A DNA stretch of 64,000 nucleotides from Verrucomicrobiia bacterium (GTDB taxonomy: Bacteria; Verrucomicrobiota; Verrucomicrobiia; Limisphaerales; UBA1319), in the NCBI GenBank assembly GCA_963664225.1, contig OY760937.1, positions 5,408,001 through 5,472,000 on the forward strand, given 5' to 3'. A program made the translations under genes and the position numbers. Positions 18,273 to 28,536 of the stretch are shown here, piece after piece. The notes beneath the pieces were generated by a model. It was given only the letters and a program-made list of their open reading frames with translations. It was not told where the DNA came from and did no database searches. How positions within the stretch are numbered: position 1 is the first letter of the stretch; the number at the start of each line of letters is the position of its first letter.

Positions 18273-21203
18273 TTAAGGTTCATTGGGCAACAAAATGCGT
18301 TTTAAGAATCGACCTGTGTGGCTTTCCGGTGTCCTGGCCACGGTTTCCGGAGTGCCCGCCACCAGGATTCGTCCGCCACCGCTGCCGCCTTCGGGACCCA
18401 AATCGATGAGCCAATCGGCGCTCTTGATCACGTCCAGATTATGTTCGATCACCAGTAGAGTATTGCCTGCCGCGCGCAATTTGAAAAGCACTTCCAGCAG
18501 TTTGGCGACGTCGTGGAAATGCAGGCCGGTGGTCGGTTCGTCGAGAATGTAGAGGGTTCGCCCCGTGGATCTGCGGCTGAGTTCGGAGGCCAGTTTGATG
18601 CGTTGGGCTTCGCCACCGCTGAGGGTGGTGGCAGACTGCCCAAGGCCAATGTAACCCAACCCCACTTCGGCCAGGGTCATGCAGATATCGTGAAGTGCCG
18701 GGACGGCGCGGAAAAAATCGACCGCTTCATCCACAGTCAGCGCGAGGACATCGGCGATATTTTTCCCTTTGTAAGAAATTTCGAGCGTCTCGCGGTTGTA
18801 ACGCTGACCGCCGCAGTTTTCGCAGATGACATAGACCGGGGGCAGAAAGTGCATTTCAATTTTGAGCAGGCCATCGCCCTGGCATTTTTCACAACGGCCC
18901 CCTTTGACGTTAAAACTAAACCGGCTTGCCCCGAAACCCCGGATTTTCGCGGAGGGCAATTTTGCGAAGAGGTCGCGAATGTGGTTGAACATTCCCGTGT
19001 AGGTGGCGGGATTGCTGCGCGGGGTGCGGCCGATGGGGGCCTGGTCGATGACGATGACTTTGTCCAGGAGGTCCGCGCCACGGATTTCGCGATGCGCCCC
19101 GGGTTTTTCCTTCGACCCATGCAACAGCCGGAACAAGGCCCGGCGCAGGATGTCATCGACCAGGGTGCTTTTGCCCGAACCGCTGACGCCGGTGACGCAG
19201 GTGAACGCTCCCAGCGGAATCCGCGCATCGATGTTGCGCAGGTTATTCTCGGTTGCGCCCAGGATTTCCAGCCAGCCTCGTTCCGGCATGGGTTTGATTC
19301 GTTTTTTTGGAACGGGGATTGATAGTTCGTTGCGCAAATACCGGGCGGTCAGGGAACGGGGGTTGGCCATGACTTCGGTCAGAGTGCCCGATGCCACGAG
19401 TTCGCCGCCGCGCACACCGGCACCGGGGCCCAGGTCGATGACATAATCGGCGTTGCGAATGGTGTCCTCGTCGTGCTCCACCACCAGGACGGAGTTGCCC
19501 AGGTCGCGCAGGGATTTGAGCACTGCGAGAAGCCGGTCGTTGTCCCGCTGATGCAAACCGATGCTGGGTTCGTCCAGAATATAGAGCACGCCGACAAGGC
19601 CCGCACCGATCTGGGTGGCCAGGCGGATGCGCTGGGCCTCGCCGCCGCTCAAGGTGCCGCTTTCGCGGTTCAAGGTCAGGTAGCCCAAACCGACATTGGT
19701 GAGGAATTTGAGTCTGGAGCGAATTTCCGCAATGATTTCCCCGGCGACTTTTTGCTCGAAATCGGTCAGCTTGAGCCCCCCGAAGAATTGAACGGCCTGC
19801 TCCACAGATAGGGCGCAGGCGTCCATGATGGATAACCCCGGGGCCTTGCGCATCGTGCGGATGTTTTCGGGAATATAATCACCGGCTTCATTGCCGCCGA
19901 GAGTCACGGCGAGCACTTCGGGCTTGAGACGTGTGCCGCCGCAACTGTCGCACGGGGTGGGACTCATGAAATTCTTGAGCCGGTTCCGTGTGAATTCGCT
20001 GTCCGTCTCCTCGTAGAGCCGTTGCAGGTTTGGCAACACGCCTTCGAAAGGCCGGGTGGTTTTACTCATTTTACCCGCCCGCCAGAAATGAAAGTCGATT
20101 TCCGTTTCCCCGGTGCCGTGCATCAGGATTTGTTTGAAATCGGATGGAAGATCCCTGTAAGGGACCTCGAGGCTTTGATTGAAATGCTGGGCGACTCCGC
20201 GCAGGAGGCTTTTGTAATAGACGATCATGCGCTTGCCGCCCCGGCGCCAGGGCAGAATGGCGCCGCCGTCCAGGGATTTGGCGGGGTCGGGCACCACCAT
20301 CGATTCATCGAATACCAGCTTTTGGCCCAGCCCATGACAAACGGAACAGGCGCCGTGGGGTGAATTGAAGGAGAAATGTTTGGGAGTCAGTGGCTCATAA
20401 CTCAGGCCCGTGCCAGGGCTGTAATAGCGGTTGGAGAAGAAATCCTCCGTCCAGGGCGTTTCTGAAGTTGCTCCCGTCGGCTGGCTCAAAACCAGAAGCC
20501 TGCCTTCCCCCCATTTAAGGGCGGTCTCCACCGAATCGCTCAGGCGCACTCGGATTTTATCATCGACGACCAGTCGATCGACAATGGCCTGAATATTGTG
20601 GGTCTGCCTGGGGTCGATCTTGATCCGCAGGTTGGTGCCCAATTCGTGAAAAGCGTCGTCCACGCGAACGCGGACGAAGCCTTCGCGCGCAAGGCGCTCC
20701 AAGACGTCTCGGAATTCGCCTTTTTGGTCGCGAATGACCGGCGCCAGAACCATAACCCTTGTTTTTTGGGGAAGGGTCAGAATTTTATCGACGATTTCGC
20801 TGGTGGACTGGCGGCTGATCGGCAAGCCGGTCACCGGGCAATGGCGGTGACCCACATGGGCATAGAGGAGACGCAGGTAATCGAAAATTTCAGTTGTGGT
20901 GGCAATGATCGAACGGGGATTGGCACCGGCGCTTCGTTGTTCAATGGCGATGGTGGGGGAGAGGCCTTCGATGTAGTCAACATCCGGCTTTTCGAGCTGG
21001 TCCAGGAATTGCCGGGCATAGGCAGAGAGCGATTCGACATACTTGCGCTGGCCCTCTGCGAACAAAGTGTCGAAGGCCAATGAGGACTTGCCCGAACCGC
21101 TCAAGCCCGTGACGACCACCAGCTTATCGCGGGGGATGGTCAGGGTCAGGTTCTTTAGATTGTGCTGACGCGCGCCAACGATCCGAATAAATTCCTTAGC
21201 CAT
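18273..21203 (-). CDS. uvrA: Excinuclease ABC subunit A
   Basis: GARQHNLKN, two Walker A motifs ([18 protein letters not shown]), two [26 protein letters not shown]. Confidence 0.98.
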   Translation of the reverse strand: MAKEFIRIVGARQHNLKNLTLTIPRDKLVVVTGLSGSGKSSLAFDTLFAEGQRKYVESLSAYARQFLDQLEKPDVDYIEGLSPTIAIEQRSAGANPRSIIATTTEIFDYLRLLYAHVGHRHCPVTGLPISRQSTSEIVDKILTLPQKTRVMVLAPVIRDQKGEFRDVLERLAREGFVRVRVDDAFHELGTNLRIKIDPRQTHNIQAIVDRLVVDDKIRVRLSDSVETALKWGEGRLLVLSQPTGATSETPWTEDFFSNRYYSPGTGLSYEPLTPKHFSFNSPHGACSVCHGLGQKLVFDESMVVPDPAKSLDGGAILPWRRGGKRMIVYYKSLLRGVAQHFNQSLEVPYRDLPSDFKQILMHGTGETEIDFHFWRAGKMSKTTRPFEGVLPNLQRLYEETDSEFTRNRLKNFMSPTPCDSCGGTRLKPEVLAVTLGGNEAGDYIPENIRTMRKAPGLSIMDACALSVEQAVQFFGGLKLTDFEQKVAGEIIAEIRSRLKFLTNVGLGYLTLNRESGTLSGGEAQRIRLATQIGAGLVGVLYILDEPSIGLHQRDNDRLLAVLKSLRDLGNSVLVVEHDEDTIRNADYVIDLGPGAGVRGGELVASGTLTEVMANPRSLTARYLRNELSIPVPKKRIKPMPERGWLEILGATENNLRNIDARIPLGAFTCVTGVSGSGKSTLVDDILRRALFRLLHGSKEKPGAHREIRGADLLDKVIVIDQAPIGRTPRSNPATYTGMFNHIRDLFAKLPSAKIRGFGASRFSFNVKGGRCEKCQGDGLLKIEMHFLPPVYVICENCGGQRYNRETLEISYKGKNIADVLALTVDEAVDFFRAVPALHDICMTLAEVGLGYIGLGQSATTLSGGEAQRIKLASELSRRSTGRTLYILDEPTTGLHFHDVAKLLEVLFKLRAAGNTLLVIEHNLDVIKSADWLIDLGPEGGSGGGRILVAGTPETVARTPESHTGRFLKRILLPNEP

Positions 21204-21371
21204 AGATGCGAATTTTCATTCGCCTTCAAAAGGATGATTGAATCACAAACCGGAGCGGATGCAAAGATTCTTCGCAAACCCGGTTGACGAGCGCCCGCGA
21301 TCCGCATCGGTTTATTTTGACAACCACGGGTTCTTTTGTTTATTATATACCCCGTAAACGAACAACGATTG

Positions 21372-22310
21372 ATGAAAACTATATTGCGCGGTTTCGTCAC
21401 GGCCTTGTCGATGCTGACAATGGGATTTGGATTTAATGCGTTTGCAGTCCAGCGAGGCGCTCAGAATAATGTTTCCGAAGCTGGCAACTATTCCCTGGTG
21501 TATTCGTTGGACATTCCAAACACACCCAACTACGAAAACGGGGTCACTTACGATATCGACAACCGAACCCACCTGCCTGCCTTCAGCCGGATCGCATACT
21601 ATCTGGAATTGCAGGAAGGAACCAACGCACTTAATTTTATCTGGGTCTCGATGGACGCCTTTACGACGAATATTAACAAGATCGGCGTTCCAACGGTCAC
21701 CAGCGGCGCATACTTCCGGCAGTCCGTAGCCAGAATGAATGTTCAGTCGAGTGTCTCCGGGATTGTAAACGGGACCAATCTATCCGGTGGCAACATTGAG
21801 TTTTGGCCTCAAAACTATTCCAGGCCAAATACTGGCAATGTGCCTAATGCCAGTGACGCCGCTTATGACTGGGGCGATAGTCCGTATGCAGGCAATTATG
21901 GTTCCATGCAGGTGCATAATCATGATGCAAAGCAGGTGCTCTTTGCATTCAATCGATGGGGTGGATATGGTGGAATAGCCGATCTGGGGATTGGAAACAG
22001 GGCCGCGTTCGATGTGGACTGGACTTTCGCGACAAACGCCTCCAATTACGTGATCAAATCACTTCAAGTCTATGTGCTTTCCAATGTGAAACCATTTAAA
22101 ATAATCGCACAGGGCTTCCAGCCTGCCGGGAACTTCAGTGTGACTTGCGAGGCGCAATCCGGCACGGCCTATTCACTGTGGCGCAAGCTCGACATTGGGG
22201 TTCCGACATGGACCGAGGTCGCTGCAACAACAGCCTTATCGAATACGGTGACGCTTGTGGATGCTCACGCCACCAATGTTTCAAGCCTTTATCAAGTCAG
22301 AACCCCCTGA
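21372..22310 (+). CDS. Secreted protein: signal peptide, uncharacterised domain of about 200 aa, C-terminal module
   Basis: Signal MKTILRGFVTALSMLTMGFGFNAFA; domain YSLVYSLDIP...NIEFWP...YGSMQVHNHDAKQ recurs in the next gene; TTGACA at 21317 upstream. Confidence 0.8.
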   Translation: MKTILRGFVTALSMLTMGFGFNAFAVQRGAQNNVSEAGNYSLVYSLDIPNTPNYENGVTYDIDNRTHLPAFSRIAYYLELQEGTNALNFIWVSMDAFTTNINKIGVPTVTSGAYFRQSVARMNVQSSVSGIVNGTNLSGGNIEFWPQNYSRPNTGNVPNASDAAYDWGDSPYAGNYGSMQVHNHDAKQVLFAFNRWGGYGGIADLGIGNRAAFDVDWTFATNASNYVIKSLQVYVLSNVKPFKIIAQGFQPAGNFSVTCEAQSGTAYSLWRKLDIGVPTWTEVAATTALSNTVTLVDAHATNVSSLYQVRTP

Positions 22311-22482
22311 TCACAGGCCGACCGACAATAACAACTCTAACACGCCGATTTTCGTTCGGCGTTTTATATTGATCGCAACACCAAAAGAAATGTAACTCCG
22401 TTCGTGAAAGCCCTCTGACTATTCCATTTTCATCTGGTTAAGTAATTGCAGATTGTCTCATTCAAACCGGCGACTCTATTCT

Positions 22483-24318
22483 ATGCGGAAGTTTCTATTT
22501 CTTTTTCCTGTCATTTGTTTAGTGCTGGCTGCACTCCAAGCGGACTTGTCCGCATCAGCCCCCCCGATTCGAATCATGCCCTTGGGCGATTCGATTACTG
22601 AAGGATGGCCAGTGCCCGGCGGTTACAGGGCGCCTCTTTATCGTTTTCTAACCAATGCGGGGTATAATGTCGATTTCGTTGGAACCCTTAAGAATAATAA
22701 TTCATCGGATCTTCCGGATCCCGATCATGAAGGCCACTATGGATGGCGCATGGATATTCTTGATGGAATCATCGATGCCTCCCTGGCGCAGGTGGACGAT
22801 CCGGATGTCATCCTTCTTCTCATTGGCACCAACGATTACTCGCAGAACAGCCAGCTTGCGAACATCGTTCAACGAATGGAAAACCTGGTTGTAAAAATCG
22901 CCACCAACCGTCCTTACGCGAAGATTATCCTCGCCAACCTTCTGGTTCGCGGCGAGCCCTACAACACCAAAATCGAAACCACCTTTAATCCTTATCTTCC
23001 CGCCATCGCACAGCGACAACAAGCCCTGGGCCGCGAAGTCTATTTCGACGACATCAGGAGCGCTGTGCCGCTGGAGGATTTTCCAGATCAGTTGCATCCT
23101 GACGCGACGGGTTATGCCAAAATGGCCACGAACTGGTTTGGCGTCATCACCAATCTCTTCGAACCCGAAGGCAGCAAATCTTTGCCAGGGATTGCCCGCG
23201 TCCTGGGGGCCGGATACGCCAACGTCAAAGTGGTGTTTAGCAAACCCATTGCGGATGAATCGGCAATTCCAGAGCATTTCAGTTTCAGCGGCGGTTTATC
23301 GATTACCCGTGCCGTGCTGGACCCGACCAAGCGGGAGGTCACCCTTACCACATCGCTGCAACAACCATTCACCACTTACTCTGTCACGGTAAATGGCGTC
23401 CACGACCGGACTGCCGCCCAATTGGGAATCATTTCCAACTCCACCGCTTCCTTCATATCTGTTCCTGACCCTGGCGCGAGCAGCAAGGTTGCAGAGGCTT
23501 CCGATTATAAATTGGTTTACTCTTTGGACATTCCGGATATGCCGAATTATGAGCATGGCCTGGTTTATACGCTCGATTACCGCGCCAAGGTTTCCGGATT
23601 CAGCCGCATCGCCTATTATTTGGAACTGCAACCAACCAGCGGACCATTGAACTTCGTTTGGGTGTCGATGGACGCCTTTACGACAAACGTTGACAAGATC
23701 GGCGTGCCGACGGTCGGCAGCGGGGCTTATTTCCGGCAGTCGATCACCAACATGAATGTTCAGTCCAGTGTCACAGGCGTCGTTGGTGGAACAAACCTTT
23801 CCGGCGGCAACATTGAGTTCTGGCCTGACGATTATTCCATGCTCAATTCAGCCAATGTGCCTAATGCCAGTGACGGTCTCGATGACTGGGGTGACAGCCC
23901 GTATCCAGGCAATTACGGCTCAATGCAGGTGCATAACCATGATGCAAAGCAGGTGATCTTCGCTTTCAACGGCTGGGGCGGGTGGGGTGGAGTGGCCGAT
24001 CTTGGCATTGGCAACATGCCGTATGGCGAGCCGGACTGGACCTTCGCCGCAAACGCAACCAATTACGTGATTAAAACCCTCCAGATATTTGTAATGCCCA
24101 TTCCTCACATCACGCGTGGTTACTTTGAAGCGCCTTCCCAATTTTCGCTCAACTGGGACGCGCAACCCGGCGCAAGGTACTCCGTTTTCAAGAATCTGAC
24201 GCTCGATTCATCAAACTGGACCAGGATAGGGGGGCTAACCGCGACCTCAAACGTGGCGGTTTTCATCGATTCGGATGTGACCAATTCAGAGAGTTATTAT
24301 CACATCTCAAGTCCGTAA
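22483..24318 (+). CDS. Secreted SGNH/GDSL hydrolase (probable carbohydrate esterase) with Ig-like, uncharacterised and C-terminal domains
   Basis: IRIMPLGDSIT, GGYR, HEGHYG, IGTND, DQLHP catalytic blocks; signal peptide. Confidence 0.88.
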   Translation: MRKFLFLFPVICLVLAALQADLSASAPPIRIMPLGDSITEGWPVPGGYRAPLYRFLTNAGYNVDFVGTLKNNNSSDLPDPDHEGHYGWRMDILDGIIDASLAQVDDPDVILLLIGTNDYSQNSQLANIVQRMENLVVKIATNRPYAKIILANLLVRGEPYNTKIETTFNPYLPAIAQRQQALGREVYFDDIRSAVPLEDFPDQLHPDATGYAKMATNWFGVITNLFEPEGSKSLPGIARVLGAGYANVKVVFSKPIADESAIPEHFSFSGGLSITRAVLDPTKREVTLTTSLQQPFTTYSVTVNGVHDRTAAQLGIISNSTASFISVPDPGASSKVAEASDYKLVYSLDIPDMPNYEHGLVYTLDYRAKVSGFSRIAYYLELQPTSGPLNFVWVSMDAFTTNVDKIGVPTVGSGAYFRQSITNMNVQSSVTGVVGGTNLSGGNIEFWPDDYSMLNSANVPNASDGLDDWGDSPYPGNYGSMQVHNHDAKQVIFAFNGWGGWGGVADLGIGNMPYGEPDWTFAANATNYVIKTLQIFVMPIPHITRGYFEAPSQFSLNWDAQPGARYSVFKNLTLDSSNWTRIGGLTATSNVAVFIDSDVTNSESYYHISSP

Positions 24319-24486
24319 AATCATAACGGCGTCGGGGTATTTTGCAGGTTTCTCCCATGCAGCCTCTGAGCCTTCCCTGATTTTGCTTTTTGCAGACGTT
24401 TGCGTGGTTCAACTGAAGGTAAAGAAAAAGGTCGATCCGGTTGCAGTCAGCCAAATCGACCATGATTTACCGAGAAGCCTGATTTG

Positions 24487-25752
24487 CTATTTGGAGGCAG
24501 AGATGGTGATGGGATCCGAAACGGTTCGTGATCCATAGCGATCGACGGCCACGGCTTTGAGTTCATGGATCCCCTTGGGAATGTGCTTCCAAACAATGGT
24601 GTAGGGGTTTTGTGTGGCCAGGCCCAGGAAACGGCTTCCCGTGTAAAAACCGACGTATCGTATGTCACCGTCCGCATCGCTCGCGTCAGCCTTGATGGTG
24701 ACGGATGACTGCGCCGGGAAATCAGCGCCATTTTTCGGCGAGGTTATGCTGACCTGCGGTGCGAGGTTGGTGACTGAAAACATGGCTATGGCTGTGGAGC
24801 TTGTTCCGGCAACATCGAAAGCACGGGCAACGATCCAATGTTTGCCGGGGGGCACATTGTTCCAGGTGAGGGTAAAAGGACTATTGGTGAAAACACCAAG
24901 ACGGCGTCCATCTCCATGCACTTCGATTCTGGTGATCGCATCATCCGGATCGGATGCGGTTCCTTTGATTTCCACATTCGCCGGGAGCGAAAAGACCGAA
25001 TGATTTACAGGGCTGAGCAAGGTCACCACGGGCGGTTCGTTCGTTACCGTTATTTCGATTGGCGCGGAAAGGGCGGATTTTCCGAAGGAATCCGTGGCTC
25101 GCGCAAAAAGTGTGTGTTTTCCTGCAGGCGCATTGGTCCAGGTGATGGTGAATGGACTGTTTGTGGATTTGCCGATCCAATCGTCGCCAGCATAAAAGCT
25201 CACCTTCTGCACTGTGTCATCGGCATCCGATGTCCCGGCGATGAGCTGGATATTGGCTGGCATGGTGAACATCGCCCCGTTGGTGGGACTGGTCAGTGAG
25301 ACGGTTGGCGGCAGGTCATTGAAGATGTCGTCCACGAGTGTCACTTTAGCGGTTTTATGAGTGGCCAACGTGTATAAAGCATTGGTCTTCAATGTTAATA
25401 TCACTGTTTTGTTACCCCGCTTTTTCAGATCAACCAGAGGCTGAATGACAACATCCGACGCAAGAAAACCATCTGGGATCGTGACTGAATCCGTGATCTT
25501 CACATAGTCGCCGCCGTTCGAGGCGGATCCACTTATGTCGTAGCTGACCACAAGGTCGCCGTTGGTGGCACTGGCACGGATTATGGTAAAGGCGGCCGAG
25601 CTGGACCCCACCAGCGCGATGGGATCAGTAGCGCGGATTTCCAGTCCGGGGCCGCTGGTTGAAACAGGAAAATCGGCAAAGAGGGCTTGTGCATTGAGAA
25701 AGACCGAAGCCAGCATCAAACTGACCTTGATATTAAAGTGCTTAATGTGCAT
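24487..25752 (-). CDS. Secreted Calx-beta-like plus three bacterial Ig-like repeat protein
   Basis: Signal peptide; VSYDISGSASNGGDY; three PPxVxLxSPxNxxxF...ASDxD...V.FY...PFTxxW.N.P.G.H.L.A.A.D repeats. Confidence 0.8.
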   Translation of the reverse strand: MHIKHFNIKVSLMLASVFLNAQALFADFPVSTSGPGLEIRATDPIALVGSSSAAFTIIRASATNGDLVVSYDISGSASNGGDYVKITDSVTIPDGFLASDVVIQPLVDLKKRGNKTVILTLKTNALYTLATHKTAKVTLVDDIFNDLPPTVSLTSPTNGAMFTMPANIQLIAGTSDADDTVQKVSFYAGDDWIGKSTNSPFTITWTNAPAGKHTLFARATDSFGKSALSAPIEITVTNEPPVVTLLSPVNHSVFSLPANVEIKGTASDPDDAITRIEVHGDGRRLGVFTNSPFTLTWNNVPPGKHWIVARAFDVAGTSSTAIAMFSVTNLAPQVSITSPKNGADFPAQSSVTIKADASDADGDIRYVGFYTGSRFLGLATQNPYTIVWKHIPKGIHELKAVAVDRYGSRTVSDPITISASK

Positions 25753-25953
25753 AGCGTTATAAGATTAAATATTTCGTTCCTTAAATTGTAAAAACTGTCG
25801 GTTCTTCACGCAGTTGCTAATGGTAAGCATAAGCTCCAACCGGGATTCTGCAAATGTGCGGCATTCGCATTGGGGATGGCAGAACTGTGGTTGGCTGTCA
25901 AAATCAGCCCGCGAAGGTCATTTCGCCGGTTGTTTCCCGTACGGGAGGGGATT

Positions 25954-26937
25954 ATGATGGGTGACGTGAATAGTTTGATCATCGGTCTTTTATGCGCAGT
26001 GTTTGTGACCCAATCGTTTGGGGAAACAAATCAAATTGAAGTTAAAGGCACGAAAGTGTCTGAAAGTGCGCCTGATTCCAACGATGGGGTGGAGAAGGAA
26101 TATCGGCAGTTGCTTGAGCGCGATGATGCGGCGCAAGAGGAGGCGGATCGATGGATCAAGGACAATCAGGCATTTCAGGCCAAGGGCGCCGGGATTGAAA
26201 ATGCGTTACTCACTTTGAAAATTGAACAGCGCTTCGAACCTGTGCAAAAGGCGTATGAAAACTTTTTGCAGCGGCATCCAAATCATGTACGATGTCGGCT
26301 GGCGTATGGCAGTTTTCTAAATGACATCGGCAAGGAAGCGGAGGCGGTGGTCCAGTGGGATAAGGCCCGCGAGATCGATCCTAAAAATCCGGCGGTCTGG
26401 AACAACCTGGCCAACCATTACGGCCACCGTGGCCCCGTCACCAATGCCTTTGCTTACTATGAAAAGGCCATCGAACTCAATTCGAAGGAGGCGGTCTATT
26501 ACCAAAACTTCGCAACCACCGTTTTCCTGTATCGCAAGGACGCGATGGAATTTTACAAGATCGATGAGCAGCAGGTGTTCGATAAGGCTTTAGAGTTGTA
26601 CCGCAAGGCGTTACAGATGGACCCTCAAAATTTTGTACTGGCGAACGATTTGGCTCAAAGTTATTATGGGGTTCGACCGGCACGGCCCCTGGACGCCATC
26701 GAGGCCTGGCGACAAGCCTTGAAACTGGCCAAGGATGATTTGCAGCGGGAAGGCGTTTATATCCACCTGGCCCGGCATGAAATCTCGTTGAATCAGTTTG
26801 TCGAAGCCCGGCAGCACATCGATTCGGTCACTAATCAGAACTATACGGATATCAAACAGCGCCTGCTCAAGAACCTGGAGACGCGCATGGCCAAGGCTGG
26901 AACAAACGCGGCACCTGCGACACTCAAAGCGCCGTAA
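25954..26937 (+). CDS. Exported TPR protein
   Basis: GGAGGGG RBS before ATG 25954; signal-like N-terminus; TPR units (DPKNPAVWNNLA, YEKAIELN, YRKALQMDPQN). Confidence 0.8.
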   Translation: MMGDVNSLIIGLLCAVFVTQSFGETNQIEVKGTKVSESAPDSNDGVEKEYRQLLERDDAAQEEADRWIKDNQAFQAKGAGIENALLTLKIEQRFEPVQKAYENFLQRHPNHVRCRLAYGSFLNDIGKEAEAVVQWDKAREIDPKNPAVWNNLANHYGHRGPVTNAFAYYEKAIELNSKEAVYYQNFATTVFLYRKDAMEFYKIDEQQVFDKALELYRKALQMDPQNFVLANDLAQSYYGVRPARPLDAIEAWRQALKLAKDDLQREGVYIHLARHEISLNQFVEARQHIDSVTNQNYTDIKQRLLKNLETRMAKAGTNAAPATLKAP

Positions 26938-26946
26938 AACCGCTTC

Positions 26947-27330
26947 TTATTCAGTCGGAATGCGCGGTGGGACGTCTTTTTTATCGGATGAATAGACGCG
27001 CATGATGATGCCCAGGCTTGTGGCCAGCGCCCATGTCCATGAAAGCATGAAAATCCCCACACCGACACAGCCCACCCAGAGGCGAACCTGAAGGGCCTCC
27101 TCCAACTCGCGCGTTCTATAATATTCTGTGAAGAACCATGCGAACCATGCAAGAGTGATTCCCATACCCGCAAGCGACATTATGATCTGAAGAACGCCTC
27201 TGATTCTAAATCCCGCTGTGATCGTACCCAATCCCGGTAATACCAAAACGTTGCTGAGCAGGCAGGCCCAGGCCGCCGGCCGCTCAAGGTTCTTTGATGG
27301 TTCCGGGGTTGAAAATCTCTTCATATCCAT
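26947..27330 (-). CDS. Small membrane protein (about 3 TM)
   Basis: NVLVLPGLGT motif and hydrophobic helices; overlaps the upstream gene end. Confidence 0.65.
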   Translation of the reverse strand: MDMKRFSTPEPSKNLERPAAWACLLSNVLVLPGLGTITAGFRIRGVLQIIMSLAGMGITLAWFAWFFTEYYRTRELEEALQVRLWVGCVGVGIFMLSWTWALATSLGIIMRVYSSDKKDVPPRIPTE

Positions 27331-28216
27331 ACATCAGGGCTGCGATGCAAATTGGGAACGTGGCCAGCATGCCGACTCCGCAGAGCAAGACCCCGGCAAT
27401 AGAAACGAGTCCGCTGAGGATGAGCAAGATGAAGACTTGACCCCAATGGCGGGAGACGGTTTTGCGACTTAATTCCATTGCGGACCAAAAGTCCAGGCCC
27501 TTGTCGATGATCAAGGGAATACTGAACAGCCAGCAAGTGGCCAGATAAACGGCGGGAATGATCCCGATCACGGCCAGCAAAATGCCAAAAGGCAGGAACA
27601 TGGGGCGATGGAGAATCATTATTGCCCCCACGGCGATGACAAAAAGAAAGGCGCTAAGAAAGGTCAGAACTCCGATCACGATCTGGCCGAGCATCAGAGG
27701 CAGAAATGCCTTGCTAAAACCATCGAAAAGGTCCGAGATTGTGGATTCCTGACCGCGAACGCGTTTAAGCATCAGCATATAAAGACCGCCGTAGAGCGGC
27801 CCGGAAATGGCCATGTTGATCAGCGCGCCCAAAAACGGTATCAAGCCGCATCCAAAACTGACGAGAAAGAGGAGCAGGGTGGCTCCAACGAACAGTCCCA
27901 CGTTGGCCTGGAAGAGTCTCCACCCGCGTCCGATGCACACCGGGGCGTCGATGGAGTAATCGTTATCCAATGGGGCGTTTGGGGTAAAGGTGCTCTCTGG
28001 AGTTGGCCCGGGGGGGACCAAGGGCGGAAAGGTGGGTGCGGGACCGCCAAAGTCAGTGGCGAATTCGGGAAGCTCGCCCAAGGGAAGCCATGCATCGGTT
28101 CCTTCGAATTTGGCAATGGTCTGAGCATTGGCGCGGCCCTCTTTGATCCATTGACGAATGAGATCCGCCGAAACCGGTCCATACTCCTTCTGATCCGCCC
28201 CAATGATCTTGTACAT
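27284..28216 (-). CDS. GYF_2 (DUF4339) domain membrane protein
   Basis: MYKIIGADQKEYGPVS...WIKEGRANAQT...W..LPEF, Pro-rich linker, DUF975-like membrane region (DFWSAMELSRK). Confidence 0.82.
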   Translation of the reverse strand: MYKIIGADQKEYGPVSADLIRQWIKEGRANAQTIAKFEGTDAWLPLGELPEFATDFGGPAPTFPPLVPPGPTPESTFTPNAPLDNDYSIDAPVCIGRGWRLFQANVGLFVGATLLLFLVSFGCGLIPFLGALINMAISGPLYGGLYMLMLKRVRGQESTISDLFDGFSKAFLPLMLGQIVIGVLTFLSAFLFVIAVGAIMILHRPMFLPFGILLAVIGIIPAVYLATCWLFSIPLIIDKGLDFWSAMELSRKTVSRHWGQVFILLILSGLVSIAGVLLCGVGMLATFPICIAALMYGYEEIFNPGTIKEP

Positions 28217-28536
28217 AAGACCACTATGCGACAATTCAGGCCGTTTGAAAAGCCCTATGTAGGATATGCCAACAGGTTTGTTGTCCGACTTGGAAAACGG
28301 GGTGTTTTCGTGCATGAACCAGCCGCAACCAAGTCGAATGCCGTTCGCCATTAACCCGGATGAAAGGGCCGCGTGACAAAACTCCATTTCCATTCCAAAA
28401 TACTGGCGTAACCGTTCAGGATATGCTATATGTTAGGAGTGCCGTGCCTGGGAACACAATGCGATTTTGGATTGGGTGCCTGTTTGGGCTTTTCCATTGA
28501 ATTGCATGATTCCCCTCCCACCGTGTCTTCATTTTT

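Noticed and set aside
21204..21371. LexA box upstream of uvrA
   Set aside because: No TGTTC-N4-GAACA or CTGT-N8-ACAG match seen; TGTTC/GAACA pairs near 53992 and 62276 have the wrong spacing.
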